Shown: positions 25,747 through 40,219 of the stretch, one piece after another
How positions within the stretch are numbered: position 1 is the stretch's first letter
Layout: every line of letters begins with the position of its first letter
Origin: Eledone cirrhosa
Taxonomy: Eukaryota
DNA: 64,000 nt
Direction: 5' to 3'
Assembly: GCA_964016885.1 (NCBI GenBank)
Contig: OZ024760.1
Location: forward strand, 28,706,001 to 28,770,000
Program-made: the position numbers and the translations under genes
Notes under the pieces: generated by a model
Told to the model about the DNA's origin: nothing
Database searches by the model: none
The model's input: only the letters and a program-made list of their open reading frames with translations

Positions 25747-28614
25747 GTGGGAAACGACGATGGGCTGGGTGGAGTAGGAATCATGGTAGCAGAAAAGTGG
25801 GCAGATAAGATAATAGACGTAAATAGAGTGAACGACAGAATAATTAAAATACGACTTGTCCTCAATAGAACTACGGTGACAGTAATATCTGTGTACGCAC
25901 CCCAATCCGGACTGCCCGGCACTATAAAAGACAGATTCTATGAGACACTGATGCTAACTACCTCCCAAATATCCGACAGTGACTATATAATTATCGCAGG
26001 CGACCTAAATGGTCACGTTGGACAACATTGTGACGGCTACGACGAAATCCATGGAGGCTATGGGTTTGGTACTAGAAATGAGGAAGGCTCCAGAATCCTG
26101 GAATTCTGTGATGCAAATAACCTAACTATCTGTAACACTAACTTCAAAAAACGTGACAATCACCTGATCACCTATAGATCCGGGGAACACACAAGCCAGG
26201 TAGATTATATCCTTACCAGAAGACGTGACAGAGTGTCTGTTGTTAACACTAAATCCCTCCCCCATGAAGAATGCACCTCCCAACATAGACTGATAATTAG
26301 CGACCTCATAGTCAGGACGAGACGTACTCGACAACAGAAGAGGACTATCCTCAGGAGGAAAATATGGAAGCTAAAGGACCCCACAGCCAGGAATAAATTT
26401 CAAAGCATATTACTTGATGCTTTCGACAGTAAGGAAGAACATTTAGAGTCGGACAATATAGAGGGAGAGTGGGAATTTCTGAAAGCAAACCTGCTGTTGG
26501 CGACAGACGAGGTCTGTGGCTGGAGCAGGCCTGTAGGCAGGAGGAGAGTAACATGGTGGTGGAACAGTAAGGTGGAGGGGTCAATTAAGGCCAAAAAGCA
26601 GGCTTGGAAAGTATGGCGGGATGGGGGAAGTAGAGAGGACTATCAAGTGGCCAGGAGGGAAGCTAGGAGACAAGTGTACTTAGCAAGAAGGGAAGCTGAG
26701 GAAAGAAAGTTCAAGCATGTTCTACAACGCGATGACCAAAAACGTGAGGTGTTCAGGATTGCTAGGCAATGCGTCAAGGAAAACCGTGATATTGTCGGGG
26801 AGAAGTGTGTACTAAACGACGATGGCACACTTGCCATCACCGACGCTGATAAGAAGGTAGCTTGGAAGTGTCACTATGAAAGGCTTCTAAATGAGGAGAA
26901 TAATTGGGAGAAAGGCAGTCTCCCCCATATCGACCCAATAGAGGGACCAGCAGTGTTAGTCGAGGGGAGTATAATAAGTAAGGCAATCAAGGATATGAAG
27001 ACTGGTAAGGCGGCTGGGCCTTCGGAAATAGTTGCTGAGATGCTGAAGGCATCTGGCACGGTGGGACACACCATGGTCACCCGCATAGTTAACCAAGTCG
27101 TACAGAATGGGGTTGTTCCGAAGGACTGGCATAGCAGCATCATCGTTAACTGTTATAAGGGTAAAGGAGACGCCCTAGATAGGAGTAACTATAGAGGCAT
27201 TAAATTAATCGACCAGGTCATGAAGGTCACGGAAAGAGTAATAGCGCAACTAATCAGAGAGAGAATTGACCTAGATGAAATGCAGTTCGGGTTTGTGTCA
27301 GGCAAAAGTACCACAGACGCTCTTTTCATAGTACGACAACTACAGGAGAAGTACCTAGCTAAAGGTAAACCCCTCTACTTAGCTTTTGTCGACTTGGAGA
27401 AAGCCTTCGACAGAGTCCCCCGCTCCATTATCTGGTGGGCTCTTAGAAAACTAGGCGTTGACGAATGGCTTGTGAGGGCTATACAAGCCATGTATAAAGA
27501 AACAGTCAGCAAGGTTAGAATTAACAACGAATATAGTGAAGAGTTTAGCGTAAAAGTTGGCGTCCATCAGGGCTCTGTTCTCAGTCCACTACTATTTATT
27601 ATTGCCCTTCAGGCTATAACAGAGGAGTTCAAGACAGGCTGCCCATGGGAACTCCTATACGCAGACGACCTGACACTCATAGCGGAATCAATGGCCGAGC
27701 TAGAGAAGAAATTCCAAACATGGAAGCACGGCCTAGAGTCAAAAGGACTTAAAATTAACCTGGCTAAGACCAAAGTACTAGTTTGTAGGAAAGAAAACAA
27801 GGCGGCGGTCCCTTCTGGGAAATGGTCGTGCTCGGTGTGTAGGAAAGGCGTAGGTAGAAACTCCATTTTATGTCCTAAATGCAAAGTATGGGTGCATAAA
27901 AGATGTAGTGGGATCACAGGTAAGCTAACTAAGAACATAGATTTTACATGTGGCCGGTGCTCTGGTGCAATAAGTAGCAGCAAGTGCCCACAAACTACTA
28001 GCTCTTTCAATTGCGCAGAGGGTTCTATAGAAATAGTGGACAGCTTCCGTTACCTGGGCGATAAAATCAGCAGTGGGGGAGGGTGCTCTGAAAGTACTGT
28101 AGCTAGAGTCAGAACTGGTTGGAAAAAGTTCAGAGAGCTTATACCACTATTAGCTGCTAAAGGGTTCTCACTAAAAATGAAAGGCAGGTTGTACGATGCC
28201 TGCATACGAACAGCAATGCTGCATGGCAGTGAGACCTGGGCATTGTGTGCAGAGGATATACGCAGACTAGAGAGGAACGAAGCTTGCATGCTCCGCTGGA
28301 TGTGTAACAGTAATATACGTGAACGGCAAAGCATAAACGAACTAAGGAAAAAATTAGAGATAAGAGGGATCAGATGTTGTTTACTCGAGAGAAGGCTACG
28401 TTGGTATGGACACGTGATGCGCATGAAAGTCGATAGCTGTATAACAAAGTGCAGGGCAATAAAGATAGACGGTAGTCACGGAATAGGCAGACCTAGAAAA
28501 ACCTGGGACGAGCTGATAAACTCCGACATCACACACTTACACCTCTCCAAGACAATGTCACTGGACCGAGACCTTTGGCGGTACTCAGTAACAGAGAAGA
28601 CCCGCCTTACCTAA
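25747..28614 (+). CDS. RTE LINE polyprotein: rest of APE, reverse transcriptase and PHD-like finger
   Basis: SVYAP, AGDLNGH, VDYIL, QHRL (APE); [35 protein letters not shown] (RT); [16 protein letters not shown]; 955 codons without a stop. Confidence 0.95.
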   Translation: MGNDDGLGGVGIMVAEKWADKIIDVNRVNDRIIKIRLVLNRTTVTVISVYAPQSGLPGTIKDRFYETLMLTTSQISDSDYIIIAGDLNGHVGQHCDGYDEIHGGYGFGTRNEEGSRILEFCDANNLTICNTNFKKRDNHLITYRSGEHTSQVDYILTRRRDRVSVVNTKSLPHEECTSQHRLIISDLIVRTRRTRQQKRTILRRKIWKLKDPTARNKFQSILLDAFDSKEEHLESDNIEGEWEFLKANLLLATDEVCGWSRPVGRRRVTWWWNSKVEGSIKAKKQAWKVWRDGGSREDYQVARREARRQVYLARREAEERKFKHVLQRDDQKREVFRIARQCVKENRDIVGEKCVLNDDGTLAITDADKKVAWKCHYERLLNEENNWEKGSLPHIDPIEGPAVLVEGSIISKAIKDMKTGKAAGPSEIVAEMLKASGTVGHTMVTRIVNQVVQNGVVPKDWHSSIIVNCYKGKGDALDRSNYRGIKLIDQVMKVTERVIAQLIRERIDLDEMQFGFVSGKSTTDALFIVRQLQEKYLAKGKPLYLAFVDLEKAFDRVPRSIIWWALRKLGVDEWLVRAIQAMYKETVSKVRINNEYSEEFSVKVGVHQGSVLSPLLFIIALQAITEEFKTGCPWELLYADDLTLIAESMAELEKKFQTWKHGLESKGLKINLAKTKVLVCRKENKAAVPSGKWSCSVCRKGVGRNSILCPKCKVWVHKRCSGITGKLTKNIDFTCGRCSGAISSSKCPQTTSSFNCAEGSIEIVDSFRYLGDKISSGGGCSESTVARVRTGWKKFRELIPLLAAKGFSLKMKGRLYDACIRTAMLHGSETWALCAEDIRRLERNEACMLRWMCNSNIRERQSINELRKKLEIRGIRCCLLERRLRWYGHVMRMKVDSCITKCRAIKIDGSHGIGRPRKTWDELINSDITHLHLSKTMSLDRDLWRYSVTEKTRLT

Positions 28615-29034
28615 ATATATAGTAAAACCTACTCCAGCCAGTAGGCATCTCTAACAAAATACACCCTGTCCCACCACCCCCACCCCCACCCGATCCACAC
28701 CACCCCGTTCTATGTAAAGTTATGTTGGTGCCGCGCCATCGAGGCCGAAACAAATGAGATCGTGTAGGTGTCACGACAAAAAAACACACAGTCCACGCTG
28801 TAATGTGGCCGTGTAGGCAACACGGTAAAAACCTCCCAGACCCACACTGTAAATGTGGTTGGTGTTAGGAAGGGCATCCAACTGTAGAAAACCTGCCAGA
28901 CAGTCCTATGCGAGCAAGACAATCACTCTTGCCTCAAGTGGGACTACCCCCGTCCAAACCCATGCAAGCGTGGAACACGGACGTTAAACGTTGATGATGA
29001 TGATGATGATGATGATATATATGTGTATAGATAT

Positions 29035-29945
29035 ATTCTATTCTAGGGCGGGCAAAATTCCCGAGATCCATGGACGAGTTCTCTCCAGCGGTCTCTGTCC
29101 CTCATTATCGCTGCCATGTCCTGCGTCTCCAACAGACCAGTGTCTGTCCTTAGGGCATCAACATACGTCAACCTTGGTCTTCCTCTTCCAGTATGTCCAT
29201 GTAGGGGCTCCCACAGGAGCACTGAGTGCAATGTCAACTCTGGATGTCGGTGAGCATATCCAGCTAACCTCAGTCTCCTCTGTGTCACTTTTGAGCTGAC
29301 TTTTGGGATGACAGATTTCTTTGAGATACTGGCTGGTGTGCTCCAGGGAGACACATAGGCTCCCTACCTTTTTATCATCGTAGTGGACTATTGTATGTGC
29401 CGTGCACTGGAGAAACACCAGGACTCTGGCTTTACTGTAGCACCGGCTCAGAGCAGGAAAGTTAAGGCGAAAAAGATATCGGATGCTGAATTTGCCGACG
29501 ACATAGTTTTGGTGACAAATACAGTGAAGGAGGCAGAGGATTTGATGCAGGAGGTTGAGACTGTGTCGATGAGTGTGGGGCTGAGAATGAATGAGACTAA
29601 AACAAAATATCTGGTAGAGAATGTTGAGAAGCCAGAGGGGATCACTAATGTAGGCGGGAAGCCGCTAGAATTGGTTGAGGACTTCCTGTATTTGGGAGCA
29701 AAGATTGGGAATACGGAAGATGATGTGGTTGAGAGGAAGAGCAAAGCCTGGGCGGCGTGCCACAGCTTGAGATCGGTGTAGAAGTCGGACCTTTGTAAAG
29801 ACCTGAAAATCCGCCTCTTCATTGCTGTAGTGGAGTCGGTGCTGCTGTATGGGTCTGAGACTTGGACACTGACCAAGAAACTAACTCAGATGGTGGATGG
29901 GTGCTTCACGAGAATGCTGAGGATGACCCTGAACATTAATCAGTA
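29035..29945. mobile_element. Second RTE-like LINE family, 5'-truncated with inversion
   Basis: Plus 29340-29945: LQGDT.APYLF, FADD, FLYLG, LLYGSETW; minus 29043-29330: RRLRLAG..RGRP..DRDRWR and stop. Confidence 0.85.
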
Positions 29946-30132
29946 ATATATATATATGTGTATATATATATATATGTGTATATATATATATATATGTATA
30001 TATATATGTGTATATGTGTATATATATGTGTGTATATATATATATGTGTATATGTGTATATATATGTGTGTGTATATATATGTGTGTATATATATATATG
30101 TGTATATGTGTATATATATGTGTGTGTATATA

Positions 30133-30171
<39 letters not shown>

Positions 30172-30258
30172 GTATATATACATATGTATATGTATATATA
30201 CATATGTATATGTATATATAGGTATATATATGTATATATACATATATATACATATATA
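29946..30258. repeat. (TA)n/(TG) microsatellite
   Basis: Directly visible. Confidence 0.95.
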
Positions 30259-30494
30259 GTGTCCGTGGTTCAGTGAATTACTGGTGTTGGTACCAAAGCA
30301 TGCACTCCATGCAGAAGCAGCGTGTGTGTATATATATATATATATAACAACATATATAATTAGAAGGGGTATTTAATTTGTTGGAAGTCCGACAAATATA
30401 AATGTTTATAACTGATTAAGAGCACTCAACAGTTTACTGGAGTAAATATTCAATGATATTAAATAAATGGAAACTATATTTATAAAACCATATC

Positions 30495-30558
30495 TATTTT
30501 ATTATATATATTTCAAGGGTACCAAGACAACATTGGTACGCTTTCATCAGATAAAATA
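30495..30558 (-). ncRNA. Type I hammerhead ribozyme, family A (left arm of fold-back 30452-30769)
   Basis: Reverse complement of 30662-30725. Confidence 0.8.
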
Positions 30559-30661
30559 CAAAGTTTGTTTTATAAATAGTGACATACCCATGAAAAACAT
30601 ACCTTATTGGTTGGAAATTCACTGGATAGTATTCACTATCCAGTGAATAAAACAAACTTTG

Positions 30662-30725
30662 TATTTTATCTGATGAAAGCGTACCAATGTTGTCTTGGTA
30701 CCCTTGAAATATATATAATAAAATA
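30662..30725 (+). ncRNA. Type I hammerhead ribozyme, family A
   Basis: UAUUUUAU CUGAUGA aagcguacca auguugucu ugguacccuu GAAA uauaua UA AUAAAAUA; predicted cut after 30717. Confidence 0.82.
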
Positions 30726-30778
30726 AATATGGTTTTATAAATATAGTTTCCATTTATTTAATATCATTGTATATATAT

Positions 30779-31125
30779 CATCATCATCATCATCATTTCA
30801 TTTTACGTCCACTTTTCCCTGCTTGCAAGGGTGGGACAGGAACTGATTCTGGCTTGATTTCTACAGCTGGATGCCCTTCCTAACACCAACCTCATTTACA
30901 GTGAGTGCTGGGTGCTTTTTTTTTGCCATGGCAACTCCACGACCACTTTGCAGTGGAATGATAGGGACCCCAGTCCCTATCATCTCATTTCTACAGCTGA
31001 GTAAACTGGAGCAATGTGAAATAAAGTGTCTTGCTCAAGGAAACAACACATCACCCGGTCTGAGAATTGAACTCACATCCTTCTGATTGTAAGGCCAATG
31101 CTCTAACCACTAAGCCATGTGCCTC
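30779..31125 (-). mobile_element. tRNA-derived CORE-type SINE
   Basis: Body matches 5128-5515; terminal tail matches the LINE at 62757. Confidence 0.85.
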
Positions 31126-31200
31126 CATATACATATATATGTGTTTATTCCGGGTTCAATGGGGGTAACCACAGTCCTGTAGAAGCCATTTCTATATATG

Positions 31201-31309
<109 letters not shown>

Positions 31310-31463
31310 GTGTGTGTGTGATAAATTTCATATGAAATTTAAAAGAATTTTTTTTTTTTGCTCTACTCACATTGCTGGTAAGTTTCCAATATTACAAATG
31401 TTTTATTTGTCTTAGTACTATGTGTGTTGAACTGATGGTCATAATGTCATGGATTTCATTCCT

Positions 31464-33961
31464 GGACTGGGTGGTCTGTTGTCTTCTTGAGAAAAAAACA
31501 CTTCATTTCACATGGCTCCAGTATACTCAGCTAAAGTTGAGTACCAGCAGTATCTGAGGGTTTAACCCTGCGATGGACTGGGTGGTCTGTTGTCTTCTTG
31601 AGTAAAAACACTTCATTTCACATGGCTCCAGTATACTCAGCTAAAGTTGAGTACCAGCAGTATCTGAGGGTTTAACCCTGCGATAGACTGGGTGGTCTGT
31701 TGTCTTCTTGAGTAAAAACACTTCATTTCACATGGCTCCAGTATACTCAGCTAAAGTTGAGTACCAGCAGTATCTGAGGGTTTAACCCTGCGATAGACTG
31801 GGTGGTCTGTTGTCTTCTTGAGTAAAAACACTTCATTTCACATGGCTCCAGTATACTCAGCTAAAGTTGAGTACCAGCAGTATCTGAGGGTTTAACCCTG
31901 CGATAGACTGGGTGGTCTGTTGTCTTCTTGAGTAAAAACACTTCATTTCACATGGCTCCAGTATACTCAGCTAAAGTTGAGTACCAGCAGTATCTGAGGG
32001 TTTAACCCTGCGATAGACTGGGTGGTCTGTTGTCTTCTTGAGTAAAAACACTTCATTTCACATGGCTCCAGTATACTCAGCTAAAGTTGAGTACCAGCAG
32101 TATCTGAGGGTTTAACCCTGCGATGGACTGGGTGGTCTGTTGTCTTCTTGAGTAAAAACACTTCATTTCACATGGCTCCAGTATACTCAGCTAAAGTTGA
32201 GTACCAGCAGTATCTGAGGGTTTAACCCTGCGATAGACTGGGTGGTCTGTTGTCTTCTTGAGTAAAAACACTTCATTTCACATGGCTCCAGTATACTCAG
32301 CTAAAGTTGAGTACCAGCAGTATCTGAGGGTTTAACCCTGCGATGGACTGGGTGGTCTGTTGTCTTCTTGAGAAAAAAACACTTCATTTCACATGGCTCC
32401 AGTATACTCAGCTAAAGTTGAGTACCAGCAGTATCTGAGGGTTTAACCCTGCGATAGATTGGGTGGTCTGTTGTCTTCTTGAGTAAAAACACTTCATTTC
32501 ACATGGCTCCAGTATACTCAGCTAAAGTTGAGTACCAGCAGTATCTGAGGGTTTAACCCTGCGATAGACTGGGTGGTCTGTTGTCTTCTTGAGTAAAAAC
32601 ACTTCATTTCACATGGCTCCAGTATACTCAGCTAAAGTTGAGTACCAGCAGTATCTGAGGGTTTAACCCTGCGATAGACTGGGTGGTCTGTTGTCTTCTT
32701 GAGTAAAAACACTTCATTTCACATGGCTCCAGTATACTCAGCTAAAGTTGAGTACCAGCAGTATCTGAGGGTTTAACCCTGCGATGGACTGGGTGGTCTG
32801 TTGTCTTCTTGAGTAAAAACACTTCATTTCACATGGCTCCAGTATACTCAGCTAAAGTTGAGTACCAGCAGTATCTGAGGGTTTAACCCTGCGATGGACT
32901 GGGTGGTCTGTTGTCTTCTTGAGTAAAAACACTTCATTTCACATGGCTCCAGTATACTCAGCTAAAGTTGAGTACCAGCAGTATCTGAGGGTTTAACCCT
33001 GCGATGGACTGGGTGGTCTGTTGTCTTCTTGAGTAAAAACACTTCATTTCACATGGCTCCAGTATACTCAGCTAAAGTTGAGTACCAGCAGTATCTGAGG
33101 GTTTAACCCTGCGATGGACTGGGTTGTGTGTTGTATTCTTGAGAAAAAAACACTTCATTTCACATGGCTCCAGTATACTCAGCTAAAGTTGAGTACCAGC
33201 AGTATCTGAGGGTTTAACCCTGCGATGGACTGGGTTGTGTGTTGTATTCTTGAGAAAAAAACACTTCATTTCACATGGCTCCAGTATACTCAGCTAAAGT
33301 TGAGTACCAGCAGTATCTGAGGGTTTAACCCTGCGATGGACTGGGTTGTGTGTTGTATTCTTGAGAAAAAAACACTTCATTTCACATGGCTCCAGTATAC
33401 TCAGCTAAAGTTGAGTACCAGCAGTATCTGAGGGTTTAACCCTGCGATGGACTGGGTTGTGTGTTGTATTCTTGAGAAAAAAACACTTCATTTCACATGC
33501 CTCCAGTATACTCAGCTAAAGTTGAGTACCAGCAGTATCTGAGGGTTTAACCCTGCGATGGACTGGGTTGTGTGTTGTATTCTTGAGAAAAAAACACTTC
33601 ATTTCACATGGCTCCAGTATACTCAGCTAAAGTTGAGTACCAGCAGTATCTGAGGGTTTAACCCTGCGATGGACTGGGTTGTGTGTTGTATTCTTGAGTA
33701 AAAACACTTCATTTCACATGGCTCCAGTATACTCAGCTAAAGTTGAGTACCAGCAGTATCTGAGGGTTTAACCCTGCGATAGACTGAGTGGTCTGTTGTC
33801 TTCTTGAGAAAAAAACACTTAATTTCACATGGCTCCAGTATACTCAGCTAAAGTTGAGTACCAGCAGTATCTGAGGGTTTAACCCTGCGATGGACTGGGT
33901 TGTGTGTTGTATTCTTGAGAAAAAAACACTTCATTTCACATGCCTCCAGTATACTCAGCTA
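31464..33961 (+). repeat. 110/111-bp satellite (~22 copies) amplified from the interior of a SINE spanning ~31420-34100
   Basis: Unit holds CORE-like cttgagtaaaaacacttcatttcaca; degenerate tRNA head upstream; the SINE continues downstream (ggactggtgtcctgtccagggga..ggaaaccagg). Confidence 0.93.
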
Positions 33962-34117
33962 AAAAAATGGAACCAGCAATAGCTGGGGGTTTAACCCTGT
34001 GGTGGACTGGTGTCCTGTCCAGGGGAAGTCTTGTACTCTCAGTCGCTTGACACCGTGGAAACCAGGCTAAGCACAGGCCTGCTGAGCCTCGGGGCTTGTG
34101 ATGGGTTAGAGCATTGT

Positions 34118-34286
34118 GAAGGTGTATGGCTTAGTGGTTAGAGCATTGGGCTTGCAATCAAAAGGTTGTGAGTTCAATTCTCGGACTGGGTGATGTGTTG
34201 TTTCCTTGAGCAAGACACTTTATTTCACATTGCTCCAGTTTACTCAGCTGTAGAAATGAGATGATAGGACTGGGGTCCCTATCATT
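34118..34286 (+). mobile_element. tRNA-derived CORE-type SINE, 3'-truncated
   Basis: A box tggcttagtgg, B box gagttcaattc, CORE-like segment. Confidence 0.85.
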
Positions 34287-34357
34287 AAATTACCCAAGAC
34301 ACCCTCAACGAGATATACCTTGGAGGAGGCCAGCTAAACCTGTATAGGTGTGAGCTG

Positions 34358-34433
<76 letters not shown>

Positions 34434-34826
34434 CTAGCTAAACCATCACTCACCAATCATCTCTGCTCATTAAATATTATTTGGACTTAGTATTCAACTG
34501 ACACAAATCTCTCCTCAATGTTTTCTCTCTAGATCTCCAGAGATTATTTAGGACAGCAAGCAATATATTCAAATAACTTCCACAATCTCTTGTGACAGAC
34601 TTCAAATGACTTTCTCTCCTTAAGGAGTTTATAATCCATTTAATGGTATTTATGAGTAATGAATTTCTCAGGGGACATAGACACAGTGCCAACTATGTCA
34701 GCAGGAGGTCTCTAACTCATTAACTCTCTCTTTCTCTCTCTATGTACATATATATATGTGAAGAGAAGGTCTCTCTCTCTCTCACACCCAGTCTTCTCAC
34801 ACTCACTCCTCTCTCTCTCTCTCTCC

Positions 34827-34871
<45 letters not shown>

Positions 34872-34872
34872 C

Positions 34873-34908
<36 letters not shown>

Positions 34909-35314
34909 GCATATGCAGAGGTTATATTTAATTTGTTGAGATTCAACAAGCTTAAACATTTTTATAACTGATATAAAGCACTCAACAGCTTAGTTGAGTA
35001 AATATACAATATATTAATAAATGGAAACTATATTTATAAAACCATATTTATTTTATTATACATATTTCAAGGGCCACCAAGGCAAATTATGGTGCACAAA
35101 TCATGATGCCCCTTGTATAGGAGAAAATTTTGGAATAGAATAGAAAGAACTAGGAATAAGGTAAATGTGGTTGGTGTTAGGAAGGGCATCCAGCCGTAGA
35201 AAACCCGCCAGACAGTCCTATGTGAGCAAGACAACCACTCTTGCCTCAAGTGGGAAAACTCCCGTCCAAACCCATGCAAGCGTGGAATATGGACGTTAAA
35301 CAATGATGATGATG

Positions 35315-35381
<67 letters not shown>

Positions 35382-35537
35382 GTATATATATATATATATA
35401 TGTATATATATGTAGGAGGTGAGTTTTATTGTAGTACAATAAAGCAATGCAGATATCGGATAAGAAGCACTCTACAGTTTGTAGGACTGGAGTATACATA
35501 ATATATAAGATCAAAAGATGGTTAAAAGAGTTCCATG

Positions 35538-35608
35538 TATTTTATTATGCGCATTTCAAAAACAAATATCATCATGCAATAACATTTGTGTTTTCATCAG
35601 ATAAAATA
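35538..35608 (-). ncRNA. Type I hammerhead ribozyme, family B (in element ~35412-35667)
   Basis: Same motif with substitutions that keep pairing (stem I fully Watson-Crick; G-U/A-U exchanges in stem II). Confidence 0.8.
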
Positions 35609-35668
35609 GGAAGACATGATATGAAGGTTAAAAAACACTTGTGAATAGTGCAGTTTAAAATCAACATG

Positions 35669-35727
<59 letters not shown>

Positions 35728-35789
35728 ATATATATGTATATATATATATATGTGTATATATATGTATATATATATATGTATATATGTAC

Positions 35790-36095
35790 TCTTTTACTGA
35801 GGCCATGCTGGGGCACCGCCCTTGTTGCTACACATTTTATCTCCAGCCTGTATTGGTTGGCCACTGGTGTAAGAGGGAGTTTGTTGCTGCTGCCCTTAGG
35901 TTTACCTCATGCCTTGCTGTGGGCTCATCCGGGATCCTGGATAGCAAGGTGTCGAGATGTTTCTTGAAGACATCCACCTCCACGTCATGCAAATCTCTCA
36001 GATCCCTCGGCAGCCTGTTGAAGAGTTGAGGGCCCTTGAATCCCAGGCTATTGCAATACCTGCTCCTTATTCTAGATGTGGAAGATATTCTAGAT
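35790..36095 (-). mobile_element. CR1/L2-group LINE 3' fragment
   Basis: GPQLFNRLP..FKKHLD..LSRIPDEP..RAAATNSLLHQ; related 3' end at 55530-55660 (+). Confidence 0.7.
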
Positions 36096-36198
36096 GTATA
36101 TATATATATGTATATATATGTGTATATATGTACATATATATGTATATATATGTATATATGTATATATATGTATATATATATGTATATATATATGTATA

Positions 36199-37363
36199 TC
36201 ATCATCATCATCATCATCACCGTTTTACGTCCGTTCTTCCACGCTAGCATGGGTTAGACGGGTTGTCCTGTTGTGGGCAGTGTCTGGTCGGCTGACCATG
36301 CCTTGCTCATACAGGAACTGATCTGGCTTGATTTCTACAGCTGGATGCCCTTCCTAACACCAACCTTATTTACAGTGAGTGCTGGGTGCTTTTTCGTGGC
36401 GCCTACACATCCACTTTACAGTGTGGGCTGGGTGCTTTTTTGCCGTGGCACCTCCACGACCACCTTGCAGTGGGAGGGTGGGGGGGCATATTGTCTATAT
36501 GCTTCAGCTTGTACCCATGGGAGGTCGGGTACTCTGTATTACTGCGTGACGCCAGAGGTCACGGTCGTGTGTGTAATTAGAGAGGTGTAATTGGGTAAGG
36601 TCGGCTTTTATCACCTCATCCCAGGTCATGGGTCTCCCCATCCGGGGTTTCCATTGACTTCTAGTGCTCTGCACCTTTTTATGCAGCTGTCATCCTTCAT
36701 ACGTATCACATGTCCATACCAACGCATCCGCCTCTCCTGCACACAGCATTTTATTCCTCTTATGCTCAGTCTCTCTCTCAATTCATTTATGCTTTGCCGT
36801 TTGCGTATATTACTATTACACATCCATCGGAGCATGCAGGCTTCGTTTCTCTCTAATCTACGTAAGTCTTCCACCTTCAGCGCCCAGGTATCACTACCAT
36901 GTAACATTGCTGTTTGTATACACACATCATACAGTCTGCCTTTCATTTTGAGGGAAAAGCCTTTTGCAGCTAACAGTGGCAGTAGTTCCCTGAACTTCTT
37001 CCATCCCGTTCTTACCCTAGTTATTGTACTTTCTGAACACCCACCTCCGCTGCTAATTCGGTAGCAGAAGCTGTCTACTGTCTCTACAGAGACCTCCCAG
37101 AGATTGGTGGTACTTGTTTCCTGTGGCTGTTTGCTGCTTGCTGTCCCAGTACAGCTGCTGCATGTGAAGCCTACATTCTTAATTAAGCTTCCTGAGATCC
37201 CGCTACATCTCTTGTGTACCCACTGTTTGCATTTGGGGTGGAGAATGGAGTTCCTACCTACACCTTTCCTACATACTGAGCAAGGCCATTTCCCTGAGGG
37301 GATCTGGGTTCTGTTTTCTCGTCTACTTACAAGGACCTTAGTCTTTGTCATGTTGACTTTGAG
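36199..37363 (-). mobile_element. 5'-truncated RTE LINE, diverged subfamily
   Basis: KTKVL..WPCSVCRKG..WVHKRC..RRMRWYGHV, 3' UTR and (gat)n tail. Confidence 0.92.
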
Positions 37364-37420
37364 ACATATATGTATATATGTATATATATATGTATATATA
37401 TGTATATATGTATATATATA

Positions 37421-37733
37421 CGACCGTGACCTCTGGCGTCACGCAGTAATACAGAGTACCCGACCTCCCATGGGTACAAGCTGAAGCATATAGACAATAT
37501 GCCCCCACACCCCCCACCGCAAGGTGGTCGTGGAGGTGGCACGGCAAAAAATCACCCAGCCCACACTGTAAATGAGGTTGGTGTTAGGAAGGGCATCCAG
37601 CTGTAGAAATCAAGCCAAATCAGTTCCTGTATGAGCAAGGCATGGTCAGCCGACCAGACACTGCCCACAACAGAACAACTCGTCTAACCCATGCTAGCAT
37701 GGAAGAATGGACGTAAAACGGTGATGATGATGA
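37421..37733 (+). mobile_element. RTE 3' end of the same subfamily, inverted relative to 36199-36567
   Basis: DRDLWRHAV then UTR; reverse complement of 36199-36567 lacking one ~48-bp unit. Confidence 0.88.

Positions 37734-40219
<2,486 letters not shown>

Larger units (their letters stand above)
25211..29015 (+). mobile_element. Near full-length RTE-clade LINE
   Basis: Single APE-RT reading region without ORF1, ~370-bp 3' UTR, (tga)n tail at 28992-29015; the 5' boundary is uncertain. Confidence 0.93.

Noticed and set aside
34125-34190. tRNA gene
   Set aside because: A and B boxes are present but it continues into a SINE body and recurs as dispersed copies
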